Source: Promethearchaeota archaeon
GTDB taxonomy: Archaea > Asgardarchaeota > Lokiarchaeia > Sigyniarchaeales > SOKP01
Assembly: GCA_016839585.1 (NCBI GenBank)
Contig: JAEOTZ010000003.1
Span: 27,866-91,865, forward strand
Length of the DNA: 64,000 bases
Reading direction: 5' to 3'
A program made the position numbers and the translations under genes. The notes beneath the pieces are model-generated. The model searched no databases, was not told the origin of the DNA, and worked only from the letters and a program-made list of their open reading frames with translations. Shown here piece by piece: positions 48,463 to 57,914 of the stretch; within the stretch, counting starts at the first letter, position 1, and every line of letters begins with the position of its first letter.

Positions 48463-49458
48463 TTAAAATTTCATATTTTTAAACCAATTTACTACTTGTT
48501 TACTCCCGATAAGCCCTCCACATGTAATAGCATGATTTCTATGAATGGTTTCCCTTGCTAGAGGCTCAATATCTTCTATATTTTTAGTCTCATCAAGCTG
48601 AGTACCTTCACCAATTATTAAAAAGTCTCCTCCTAAACTTCTTGCAATAAACGCAAGAGGAACCCATTCATAATACAAACGTATCCTACTTTTAGGGGAA
48701 GGGAAATATGAATAAATTCCTCCATAATATAAAATAGCATGGAAATCACTGACAAAACTTCCGCTATATCTGTCTTTGAAATGGTTTTCAATAAGTAGTT
48801 GTTTATAATTCCTACACTTTCTAGACCAATGTGTATAATCGCCTCCCATTGCACGAATCCCTCCCTCTTCTCTGTCAGGCAATGATAACCATCCATGAAA
48901 TACATAATGATAAAAAGTTGGACTATACGGAGTTAGATCTAAGATAAATTCTGAAACCTTTTTGTCTATAGCAAGAATGAGATTTGTGAAGATTCCATAA
49001 AGTATATAAAATGAAGAGAGTATTCTTCCTTCATAATATATGCCTACAATTGTTCCTACGGTTCTATTAACCGCAACATTTGAAGAACCATCTACAGGAT
49101 CAATTGTTATTCCGAATTTTCCATTACCTAAAACAGGTTCAGCCTCCTCAGAAGCAATGAATGCAAAATCTGCATCTCCTTCTTGCAAAGCTTTTAAGAT
49201 TATTGAGTGTGTGAGAACATCTTCATGAATTTGCTGCTCATCATATATATTTATTGAATCACCATTAGGTGTAGGAATTTCCATTCTATAACGAATTTCA
49301 CGGGAGGTTATACCTCTCTCAAGTAATCCACGTATGGGGATAGTAGCTTCAACAATAACCTTCATTAATTCAATTAAATCATTTTTATGAGGAATATTTT
49401 GAGATACATATTTTTCTAAATATTTTGAGAGTTTAATTTTTCCAATCTTTTCATTCAT
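48463..49458 (-). CDS. fbp: Class I fructose-1,6-bisphosphatase-like protein
   Basis: ASEE, IDPVDGSSN, RYSGSFVSDFH and RIRLYYE motifs. ATG 49458 (track start TTG 49470). Confidence 0.85.
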   Translation of the reverse strand: MNEKIGKIKLSKYLEKYVSQNIPHKNDLIELMKVIVEATIPIRGLLERGITSREIRYRMEIPTPNGDSINIYDEQQIHEDVLTHSIILKALQEGDADFAFIASEEAEPVLGNGKFGITIDPVDGSSNVAVNRTVGTIVGIYYEGRILSSFYILYGIFTNLILAIDKKVSEFILDLTPYSPTFYHYVFHGWLSLPDREEGGIRAMGGDYTHWSRKCRNYKQLLIENHFKDRYSGSFVSDFHAILYYGGIYSYFPSPKSRIRLYYEWVPLAFIARSLGGDFLIIGEGTQLDETKNIEDIEPLARETIHRNHAITCGGLIGSKQVVNWFKNMKF

Positions 49459-49512
49459 TGTTATCAACAATAATTCATTATAAATTTTACTTCTAAAGAT
49501 AGAGATTAAGAA

Positions 49513-50118
49513 TTAGGGTTTAAACCACTCAAAAAAATAGTAGCTGCTTGTGAGAGGATTTGCGATTACAAACTTTTTTCTTACAGAAGTAGCTAATCTT
49601 CCAGCTCTCACCATATCTATGGCTGTGATTTTAGAATCATGCGGTAATACATGAACAATAAAAGGTGAATGTTCTAATCCTGGTCCCTTCTTATATACCA
49701 CAAAATCTGCTCCAAATTTAAGTCCTGGTCGAGGAATATAGCCTTTTTTTCTAAGATCATTGTATATTGTATATTTTTCCTCAAATTTATGATGAATCTC
49801 TTTAGCAATTTCATGAAATTCATTAGGAGTTAAATTTTTATCTTCTTTAACATGATAAATAGTGATTTCACCCTTATTCAACAAATAGTAAGCCTCAATT
49901 AAAGACAATTCTGAAGGCTTAGAGAAATATTCTAATCGTGGTTTATTTATTCCTAAAGGACTTCCAAAGAAATTTTTTTTTACATAAAGATAAGAAGCAA
50001 ATAAAGGATTGAAAACAATGACTCTTGAATTTAAAAATTTTGTAGGAATTTTTTTAGGGATATCTTCTTCTTTGATGTCATCAAGTGAAACTTGGGCTTC
50101 CTTTTCTTCATTCATCAT
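49513..50118 (-). CDS. endA: tRNA-intron lyase (splicing endonuclease), catalytic subunit
   Basis: LSLIEAYYL, YNDLRKKGY, GLKFGADFVVY..GPGLEHS and RLATSVRKK, which carry the Tyr/His/Lys triad. Confidence 0.93.
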   Translation of the reverse strand: MMNEEKEAQVSLDDIKEEDIPKKIPTKFLNSRVIVFNPLFASYLYVKKNFFGSPLGINKPRLEYFSKPSELSLIEAYYLLNKGEITIYHVKEDKNLTPNEFHEIAKEIHHKFEEKYTIYNDLRKKGYIPRPGLKFGADFVVYKKGPGLEHSPFIVHVLPHDSKITAIDMVRAGRLATSVRKKFVIANPLTSSYYFFEWFKP

Positions 50119-50236
50119 TCTAGAGTTATTAAAAATAATTTATTAAATCTTTCAAATTTCTAATGATTAGGTGAAGTTATATAAATTTCAGTATTAATTA
50201 TCTCATAGGTCATAATCAAAAAAATTGTGATTAAAA

Positions 50237-51124
50237 ATGGAAGTTAGACGCGCAATACACGCAGGAAGTTGGTATCCTCGTTCTAAATCAGATTTAATTA
50301 AAGATTTAAGTAAATTTTTTTTAGATAAAAAATTTGGACCTGGAACAGAACTAAAATCGTTAAATCAAGAAACAAGAACCATAATGGGAGCTGTCTCACC
50401 TCATGCCGGTCATGCATATTCTGGAAGATGTGCGGCATTTTCATATCTAAATTTATTCAAAGAAAAGATCCCTGATACAATTATAATATTGGGCAATGAT
50501 CATATCGGGTATGATAAAATAGCTTTAATGAAAGAAGGTGAATGGGAAACCCCTCTAGGAAATTTGAAAATAGATTCAGAATTAGCCCAAAAAATTTTAG
50601 ATAATAGTGAAACAATTATTTTAGATAATTCAGCATTTATAGGATATCCCTTTGGAAGAGAACATAATATTGAAATTCAATTACCATTCATTAAATATTG
50701 CGCTAATGATAAGGATGTAAAAATAGTTCCCATAAAAATTGCTAGTAAATTCAGAGATAATTATGAAGTCTTGGAAAAAATTTCAAATGATATTGCTAAA
50801 TCGATAAAATCTTTTAATAAAGATATAGTTATTATTGCATCCTCAGATATGTCTCATGAGGAAGTTTATAGCTCGAATGATGTAGAAAAATTCAAGAAAA
50901 GAGACCAAAGTTTAATAGATGCATTTGTAGAGATAAATCCCAAAAAAGCTTTTGAGGCTGCTTATAGAAGTGTATGTGGTAAACACACGATAACCACATT
51001 AATGTTAACTTATAAAAATTTAGATGCAAAAACAGGAAAATTTTTACAATATTATACTTCCTATGATATAACAGAGAATCTTGGCTATTGTGTTGGATAT
51101 TTCTCTGGAATTATTATAAAATAA
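50237..51124 (+). CDS. MEMO1-family (AmmeMemoRadiSam protein B)
   Basis: HAGSWYP, SPHAGHAYSG, WETPLG, EHNIEIQLPF, SSDMSH and SVCG motifs. Confidence 0.92.
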   Translation: MEVRRAIHAGSWYPRSKSDLIKDLSKFFLDKKFGPGTELKSLNQETRTIMGAVSPHAGHAYSGRCAAFSYLNLFKEKIPDTIIILGNDHIGYDKIALMKEGEWETPLGNLKIDSELAQKILDNSETIILDNSAFIGYPFGREHNIEIQLPFIKYCANDKDVKIVPIKIASKFRDNYEVLEKISNDIAKSIKSFNKDIVIIASSDMSHEEVYSSNDVEKFKKRDQSLIDAFVEINPKKAFEAAYRSVCGKHTITTLMLTYKNLDAKTGKFLQYYTSYDITENLGYCVGYFSGIIIK

Positions 51125-51163
51125 AGAAATAAATTATATAATTTAAAGTAAAATAATTGAAAA

Positions 51164-52306
51164 ATGCCAGAAGATAATGAAAAAGTAGAAGATTTTATCA
51201 GTTTGTGGCGAAAAAAGATGGAAAATGAAATGAAAAAACCTAGTGTAATAGGAGATACCTTAGAGAGAATTAAAGATGTAGAAAAAGAAAACGAAGATTT
51301 AAGAAATAAAATCAAGCAAAACATTGATTTACTTAGTAGAACTGAAAAAATTATTAAAGAAACTATTGAAGAAAATGAAAGATTAAAAGAACAACTAAAA
51401 CCAAGACAGATTGGAAGTGGAGCTGCGACTGAAATTATCAAACAAGAAAGCATCAAACTAAAGGAAAAAGTAAAAACCTTAGAAAGAATAATTCTAGAAA
51501 AAGATGAAGAATTAAATGAAAAAGAGAGAGAGATTGCTGAATTAAGAATAAAAAGTTATTCAACATCAAGGCAACCAGAGCCTAAGCCTAGTATTGAATC
51601 GGATTCAGAATCAACAGTAACTAACGCTTTAATTGAAGATTTACAGTCAGAATTATCAAAAAAGAAATTATTAATTGCAGAATATGAAGAATCAATCAAA
51701 ACTAAAGATACAAAAATTGATGAATTGATGCAAGAAAATGAAGCTCTTAATGAACAATTGCTTGAAAAATTAAAAGCTCTACCAATAGATTATGTAGTTC
51801 CTGTCGAAATATCTAAAGAACCAGAAATAAAGCCACAATCAACTCAATCTCCATCAACCACTCTTGAGCTGCTTTGCCAAGATTTACAATCTGATTTAAA
51901 TCGAGCTAAAGGAGTAATGAAGCAATTAGCCGAAGAAAAATCAGAATTAAAGCAGGCTTTAGAGAAAGGTGGTTTCCAACTAGAACCTAATGAGATTAAA
52001 GAGCTCAAGAAAGAAAATGAAGATCTTAGAAATGAAATTTCGATTTTGCAAAACTCTTTAAAATTAAAATCGGAAGAAACTAAACCAGCAACTTTAGTTA
52101 ATAATATTGAAAATAAAGTAAAAGATCTTCAAAAACAAATAAAAGAGAAGGATACTTTAATAGCAAAATTACAAACGTTAAAACCTGCTCAGAAAACCAT
52201 CCCTAGCGGTCCAATGGCTGATTTAATTGAAGATTTGCAGAATAGAATAAATAAGTTAAAGTTGACAATAGAAGAAAAGAATAAAATTATTGAAGAATTA
52301 AAATGA
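51164..52306 (+). CDS. Segmented coiled-coil protein
   Basis: Heptad-rich blocks separated by P/S/T linkers, with a recurring L(I/C)(E/Q)DLQ motif. Confidence 0.75.
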   Translation: MPEDNEKVEDFISLWRKKMENEMKKPSVIGDTLERIKDVEKENEDLRNKIKQNIDLLSRTEKIIKETIEENERLKEQLKPRQIGSGAATEIIKQESIKLKEKVKTLERIILEKDEELNEKEREIAELRIKSYSTSRQPEPKPSIESDSESTVTNALIEDLQSELSKKKLLIAEYEESIKTKDTKIDELMQENEALNEQLLEKLKALPIDYVVPVEISKEPEIKPQSTQSPSTTLELLCQDLQSDLNRAKGVMKQLAEEKSELKQALEKGGFQLEPNEIKELKKENEDLRNEISILQNSLKLKSEETKPATLVNNIENKVKDLQKQIKEKDTLIAKLQTLKPAQKTIPSGPMADLIEDLQNRINKLKLTIEEKNKIIEELK

Positions 52307-52312
52307 TCATAG

Positions 52313-53296
52313 ATGTCTTTTCAAAATAAAAAATCCTCCTCCATTATTTTCGCAGGACACTTTGCTATTGATACAATTATAAGATTTAAACGAAGAAGTA
52401 AGCCAAGCTTGGGAGGAAGTGTATCATATTGTTCTTTAGCCTTGAGTACTTATTCTCAAGATATTAATATTAGTATAATTTCACATTTAGGGAAATTAAA
52501 TTTTGATTATTCTTTGCTAGATGGAATTAATCATAAAAATATTGATTTAAAAGGAATAAAATACTCAGAGGTAAACAATACTCAATTTGTATTAGACTAT
52601 TATAACCATTCTAGAACCTTAACTCTCAAATTTCGGAGTCCTAATTTAAAATTTAATGATATTCCAGTAGAGTATCTTGACAACCCGCCTGAAATTATTG
52701 TTCTAGTGCCCTTATGTAATGAAATTTCAATTGATTATGTTTCACAAATATTGAAACAATTTCCTAATATATATTTAGGTGTCGATCTTCAGGGTTTTCT
52801 TAGAAAAATCAGAGAAGATGGTAAAGTTGCTTATATATATGATGAACAGATAATTTCAAACATGAGTGAAATAATAAATTTAATTGGAGATAAATTGATC
52901 CTTAAAGGTTCAGAAGAAGAAATGAAATTATTAGCAGGTGAGAATGAAGATTTAAATAAAGTTATGAATCATTTTCTTAAATATGATAATAATGCAATCT
53001 TCATTATGACCCTGGGTGAAAGAGGTTCAATGCTTATTAAAAAAGGAGAGAAAATTTTGAACATTCCGGCATTTAAAGCTAGAAAGGTTATTGATGAAAC
53101 AGGAGCTGGCGACGTCTATTTTTCGATATTTTTATATGAATTTATATATTCCGATAAAACATGGAACGCAATTGAGAATTCTGCTCATTTAGCTTCTGCT
53201 GCTGCTTCCTTTTTAGTAGAAAAGAAAGGACCTTCTGGTTTTAAAAGTAAAGAAAAAGTTTTAAAAAGAATAGACAAAAGAAGATACATTATATAA
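52313..53296 (+). CDS. PfkB-family carbohydrate/nucleoside kinase
   Basis: GHFAID, GGSVSY, DLQG, TLGERGS and DETGAGD motifs. Confidence 0.9.
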   Translation: MSFQNKKSSSIIFAGHFAIDTIIRFKRRSKPSLGGSVSYCSLALSTYSQDINISIISHLGKLNFDYSLLDGINHKNIDLKGIKYSEVNNTQFVLDYYNHSRTLTLKFRSPNLKFNDIPVEYLDNPPEIIVLVPLCNEISIDYVSQILKQFPNIYLGVDLQGFLRKIREDGKVAYIYDEQIISNMSEIINLIGDKLILKGSEEEMKLLAGENEDLNKVMNHFLKYDNNAIFIMTLGERGSMLIKKGEKILNIPAFKARKVIDETGAGDVYFSIFLYEFIYSDKTWNAIENSAHLASAAASFLVEKKGPSGFKSKEKVLKRIDKRRYII

Positions 53297-53313
53297 AATT
53301 ATGGTGAATTTTA

Positions 53314-53916
53314 ATACATATTAATACTCATTTTGGAATAGGAGTAATCTTAGCATCCATTCTTAATTATTATTTTAACTTTAATTTATTTGAATTCTCT
53401 ATGATAGTCTTTTTTGCATTTATTAGTGACTTTGATGTTTTTCTTTCCAAATATGCTAAAAATAAAAATCATCGAATGTTGATCACACATTCAATAATTC
53501 CTAGTTTAATTATTATAATTTTAGGGCATATAATGGATTGGCCAGCTTTATATCTAAGTGGTTACAGTTATTCAATCCATGTATTACTTGACACACTTGA
53601 TTGGGGCACAAATTTTTTTTATTTTCAAAAAAAACAGATAGGTCCCAAATTTTTAATTTCAAAAGAAGAATTTGAGAACATATCTGAATATTTGAGTAAA
53701 TATAAAAATCCTGCTTATTTTTTTGATGAAAGATATTATAACAATAAAATTTGTATGGTAATGGAGGTTCTAATTTTTATTCTAATGATTTTATCTATAA
53801 CATTATTAGCATTTCCATATATCTTACTCATATTATTCTATTTTCCATTTATACTATTCCATTTATATCGCCACATTAACTTAAAAAAAAGTGAATCACA
53901 AGAAATATTGAAATAA
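53314..53916 (+). CDS. Membrane-bound metal-dependent hydrolase (YdjM-like); probable ATA start
   Basis: The N-terminal NTHFGIG lies upstream of ATG 53401. Also SDFD, HRMLITHS and HVLLD. GGTGA is 6 nt before ATA 53314. Confidence 0.78.
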   Translation: MHINTHFGIGVILASILNYYFNFNLFEFSMIVFFAFISDFDVFLSKYAKNKNHRMLITHSIIPSLIIIILGHIMDWPALYLSGYSYSIHVLLDTLDWGTNFFYFQKKQIGPKFLISKEEFENISEYLSKYKNPAYFFDERYYNNKICMVMEVLIFILMILSITLLAFPYILLILFYFPFILFHLYRHINLKKSESQEILK

Positions 53917-53947
53917 TGTTTTAAATAAATATAAAAGGTGAACTTTA

Positions 53948-54385
53948 TTGACAGAAGGATTGAAAACTAAAGTAGGATTGACTTTAGAAGAAGAAATGAT
54001 ATTTAAATGCGATCTTGGAGAAATGAAAGTTAAAGATTGCTATATCGATGACACTCATAAAGATGAGGTGGATATGCTAGGGCCAAATCCAAGCAGAATG
54101 TTGGGGATGGCGATCTTAGGATGTTTGAGTGCAAGTTTTATTTTTTGCTTAAAGAAAAGAAATTTAACTATAAATGATTTAAAAGCAGAAGCTGAAGTCA
54201 CGATTGCTCGAAATGAGAAAGGATTTTGGAGAGTAAGGAAAATTGATGTAAATATCTTTGCCAAAATTGATGATCCTGAAACACGTAAAAGAGCAGATCA
54301 ATGTAGAAAAATGTTCGAACAATATTGTATTGTTACTCAAGCTGTAAGAGAAGGAATTGATGTTGAGGTAAATCTTAATTATTAG
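53948..54385 (+). CDS. OsmC/Ohr-family protein
   Basis: GPNPSRML...GCLS and YCIVTQAV. TTG start 6 nt after GGTGA. Confidence 0.9.
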   Translation: MTEGLKTKVGLTLEEEMIFKCDLGEMKVKDCYIDDTHKDEVDMLGPNPSRMLGMAILGCLSASFIFCLKKRNLTINDLKAEAEVTIARNEKGFWRVRKIDVNIFAKIDDPETRKRADQCRKMFEQYCIVTQAVREGIDVEVNLNY

Positions 54386-54389
54386 TATT

Positions 54390-55388
54390 TTAATCTGAAA
54401 TTCCATTTTCAGTTATAGAAAAAACAGCATCTTGTTCAGGTATATGAGGAGCATCAACAACCTTAGCTATTCTCTGTTCTCCTTTTCCTTTTCTCAAAAA
54501 AATTCTTATAGTTGCCCCATGGGCAACGATATGCCCTCCTGTATGTATTAAAGGATTCCCATAAAACACATCAGGCCTAGCTGAAACTTGATTTGTAAAA
54601 ACAACAGCTAATTCATCATAGGTTTCAGTCAATCTTAATAAATCATGAATATGAGTATTTAAAATTTGTTGACGTTCTGACAGAGCCCCCCTACCAATAT
54701 ATTCACTTCGAAAATGTCCTATTAATGAATCTACTACAATTAATTTTATTTTTTTTTCTGAAATTATTTTCGGAGCTTCTTTCACAAGGAGAATTTGATG
54801 ATCGCTATTATAAGCTCGTCCGATAATGATGTTTTTTAAGAGACTATTATGATCTAAATCTTTAGCTAAGGCCATTTGGATTATTCTTTCTGGTCTAAAG
54901 GTTCCTTCAGAATCTATATATAAAGCCGCTCCTTCAAGACCCCCCTGTTCATAAGGTAATTGTACATTAACACAAAGTTGATGTGCTAATTGGGTTTTCC
55001 CAGTTCTGTATTCACCGAAAAGTTCTGTAACCGCACCTGGTTCAATACCTCCAATTAATAATTCATCTAAATTTGGGCTTCCTGTAGTCAATTTATTTAA
55101 TGCTCTTCTCTTTTCCCAAATTAAATCTGCAGATTTAAAACCCATTTTTTCGATATCTTGAGCTACTTTAATTATTTTTTCAGCTGTCTTTTCCCCTATC
55201 CCTGCTTCATCCATTAATTTGTGTAATGGATACATTGCCAGAGTTCTAATAGACATAATTCCCGCATCTTTTAATTTCTTAATTGTTGCGTCTCCAACAC
55301 CAGGAAGATCTTTAAGACTGTATGAAGTTTTTAAGTTTTTATCTTTTTCGTCACTATCTTCATCAGATTGGGTTACTTTTTTTGCCAT
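54390..55388 (-). CDS. radA: DNA repair and recombination protein RadA
   Basis: HhH (DLPGVG), Walker [26 protein letters not shown] and TNQV. Confidence 0.96.
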   Translation of the reverse strand: MAKKVTQSDEDSDEKDKNLKTSYSLKDLPGVGDATIKKLKDAGIMSIRTLAMYPLHKLMDEAGIGEKTAEKIIKVAQDIEKMGFKSADLIWEKRRALNKLTTGSPNLDELLIGGIEPGAVTELFGEYRTGKTQLAHQLCVNVQLPYEQGGLEGAALYIDSEGTFRPERIIQMALAKDLDHNSLLKNIIIGRAYNSDHQILLVKEAPKIISEKKIKLIVVDSLIGHFRSEYIGRGALSERQQILNTHIHDLLRLTETYDELAVVFTNQVSARPDVFYGNPLIHTGGHIVAHGATIRIFLRKGKGEQRIAKVVDAPHIPEQDAVFSITENGISD

Positions 55389-55565
55389 AATATTCTCTTT
55401 TTATTGATTTTAATTTAGATTTTCTCTAAATTCGATATTCTATTATTATATAAATATAAAAATGATAATAAAAAATTAATAGAAGAATAAAAAATATTAA
55501 TTTTTGTATTATACTTCTTTACTACTTCTTGTTATAATCATTGGTTGTCTTGTCATAGTCTTTGG

Positions 55566-56237
55566 TTATTTTACCTCTTTCCCGCTCCGAGTTATTATCA
55601 ATAGTATAACAAACAAAATCACTGAAAATAGGAATGTTAAAACCCCTAATGTTTCAGGACCAGGAATCCAAATATAACTAATATAGAGAAACGGAAGGAT
55701 AAAAATTGCGATGATGATTATGAACATAGGAAGTGGGATTTCCTCATCCTTTATATCTAGAATTAATGGTAAAACTATAAGTAATACCAATAAACTCGCC
55801 GCAAGTTTAAAGCCTAAAATGAGCGATTCTCCCTCAAAAACTGCTGAATGAATATTAGGCAACCAAAAAAACCATAATTGTTCTGTATTAACTTGTAAAT
55901 CAGAATCTCCTTCAGGTAAAATCGCTGAAATGATTATTTGTATTAAAATACCAAGAACCAAGTATAATAATATCTCATTAATTTCTTTATCCTTTTTAAA
56001 ATAGACCCCAAATGTATCTCGTAATAATGTAATATCCCATAAAATGAAGAGAATAAAATATGCTGCTATTACATAATCTGAGCTCATAGACCAGAGATAA
56101 TTAATTGGAATAACTGCTACGATATATGCTAAATAGCCATAATTCTCGTTTCTTCCAAATAAATCAAACATTAAGAAGATCCCATAAATAATGAATAATG
56201 TTGCTAATATTATTATTTGATATGTGTCAACTGCCAA
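55566..56237 (-). CDS. Hypothetical polytopic membrane protein
   Basis: About seven hydrophobic segments. Confidence 0.7.
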   Translation of the reverse strand: MAVDTYQIIILATLFIIYGIFLMFDLFGRNENYGYLAYIVAVIPINYLWSMSSDYVIAAYFILFILWDITLLRDTFGVYFKKDKEINEILLYLVLGILIQIIISAILPEGDSDLQVNTEQLWFFWLPNIHSAVFEGESLILGFKLAASLLVLLIVLPLILDIKDEEIPLPMFIIIIAIFILPFLYISYIWIPGPETLGVLTFLFSVILFVILLIITRSGKEVK

Positions 56238-56359
56238 GGTTATATCATCCTATAATTTTTTTAAAATATTATATTATTATATAATTATTTGTATGTTTTT
56301 TAAATTTTTAATTCATTTAGAAAAGATATACACAAGAATAGTCATAAAAATTTTTAAAC

Positions 56360-57751
56360 CTACATATTCTTTATTATCTCTTCCAAGGTTTGAATCATAT
56401 TTTTTGCCGCATTAGTATCCTCGACGCAAGATTCTGCTGATAATAATATAGCGCTTCTATTAAGTGCAACTTTTATTGTAGTGAAAACATCATTATCAAT
56501 AATTTTTAATTCATTAATTATATCAAGGTATTTGAAACCATGTTCTTCTGTTAATTTTATTAATTGATTGTGAAAGTTATCAAGCATGCTAGGTGAAATT
56601 GAAATTGATTTATTAATTTTTATCCCTTTGGGAAATCCTCTTGATAGAGAACCAAGTAAATCATTCTGATTAGTCATTATTTCAAGAATCTTAAGAAGAA
56701 TGAAATTACCATCCGAAAACGGAGAGTACTCTGGGAGATAAAACTTTAAAGTATCAGATGCAGCAAAACACGCACGTTCTTCTCTAATCTGCCTAGAGAT
56801 CTCTCCTGGAAGGTTTTCAACTTGCTTTACAGGAAAACCATTATCTTCAATAAATCTTTTTACTATAGGTGAAATGGAAGGTGTTGTAATAATTGTATTT
56901 CCTTTTGACTTCTGTATCCTTTCATCGTATGAGACAAAAAGCATTAATAATTCTTCAAAATTAACTTCTAAACCATTTTCATCAATTACTAAAATTCTTG
57001 ACCCATCCACATCAAAACAGATACCTAAATAACTGTTTGATGCTTTGACTATATTTGCCGTATTTCTTATTGTGTTGATATTCGGTACTGGATTTTGTGA
57101 TCTCTCACGATAATGTGTATTTAGAGCTATAACTTCTACTCCTATATCATTAAGCAAAAGTGGAGTAATTTTTCCAGTAGGTCCATAAGAACAATCAACA
57201 ACAATCCTTAAATCAGCTTTTTTTATCCTTTTCTTATTAACAAATTGCTGTAGAGACTTAATATAAATATCATCAGTTTGCGGAATTGCTGTAATTTGAC
57301 CAATTTCGTTTGGTTCAACTCTTCTTACCTTCTCTGGATAGTTATTATAAGATTTAACTATTTTTTGAATTTCTGTTTGTGCTAATTCAATTCCACCTGC
57401 ATTTACAAATCTAATCCCAACATCTTCACTATATAGATGTCCCCCAGAAACGTAAACTCCTCCACTTGCACCAAAACGTCGAATAGTAAATTGTAGCATA
57501 GGAAATGTGCAATCCGATAAGTTTAAAAGATCAATACCTGTAGACATAATTCCTGAAGTATATGCTCTTTTTAACATTCTACTATCATTATGATAATCTC
57601 TCCCAATTACAATTGATTCATTTTGACCAAATAAGCTACCGTGTATAGAGCCAATAGAACTTGATATCTCAGGAGTAAAGACATAATTAGCTCTACCGAC
57701 AATTCTACCGCCTTTGATCATGTCCTTGAGATTTTCAACCATTTTGATCAA
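56360..57751 (-). CDS. Degenerate phosphohexomutase-like protein (probable pseudoenzyme)
   Basis: PGM/PMM fold motifs (IGRD, VVDCSYG) are present, but VSGGH replaces (T/S)ASHN and DVDGSR replaces DGDGDR. Confidence 0.78.
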   Translation of the reverse strand: MIKMVENLKDMIKGGRIVGRANYVFTPEISSSIGSIHGSLFGQNESIVIGRDYHNDSRMLKRAYTSGIMSTGIDLLNLSDCTFPMLQFTIRRFGASGGVYVSGGHLYSEDVGIRFVNAGGIELAQTEIQKIVKSYNNYPEKVRRVEPNEIGQITAIPQTDDIYIKSLQQFVNKKRIKKADLRIVVDCSYGPTGKITPLLLNDIGVEVIALNTHYRERSQNPVPNINTIRNTANIVKASNSYLGICFDVDGSRILVIDENGLEVNFEELLMLFVSYDERIQKSKGNTIITTPSISPIVKRFIEDNGFPVKQVENLPGEISRQIREERACFAASDTLKFYLPEYSPFSDGNFILLKILEIMTNQNDLLGSLSRGFPKGIKINKSISISPSMLDNFHNQLIKLTEEHGFKYLDIINELKIIDNDVFTTIKVALNRSAILLSAESCVEDTNAAKNMIQTLEEIIKNM

Positions 57752-57914
57752 ATAATTTTTGAATCTCTTAATATGTGTTAAATAGAGAGTATGTATATGA
57801 TACTAAATCTACTATATATATTTTTTGTGTTTTCAAGAATATTAGAATGATGATTAGTATTTAAGAGATGCATAATTAAATAATTTATAATTATAATTTA
57901 AAAATTTAATAAAA

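Noticed and set aside
49513-50236. tRNA gene near endA, or elsewhere in the window
   Set aside because: No GC-rich cloverleaf or T-loop GTTCRAATC in a tRNA context was seen in any intergenic region.
41774-55388. Inteins in AtpA or RadA
   Set aside because: Both have normal lengths and uninterrupted Walker A regions.
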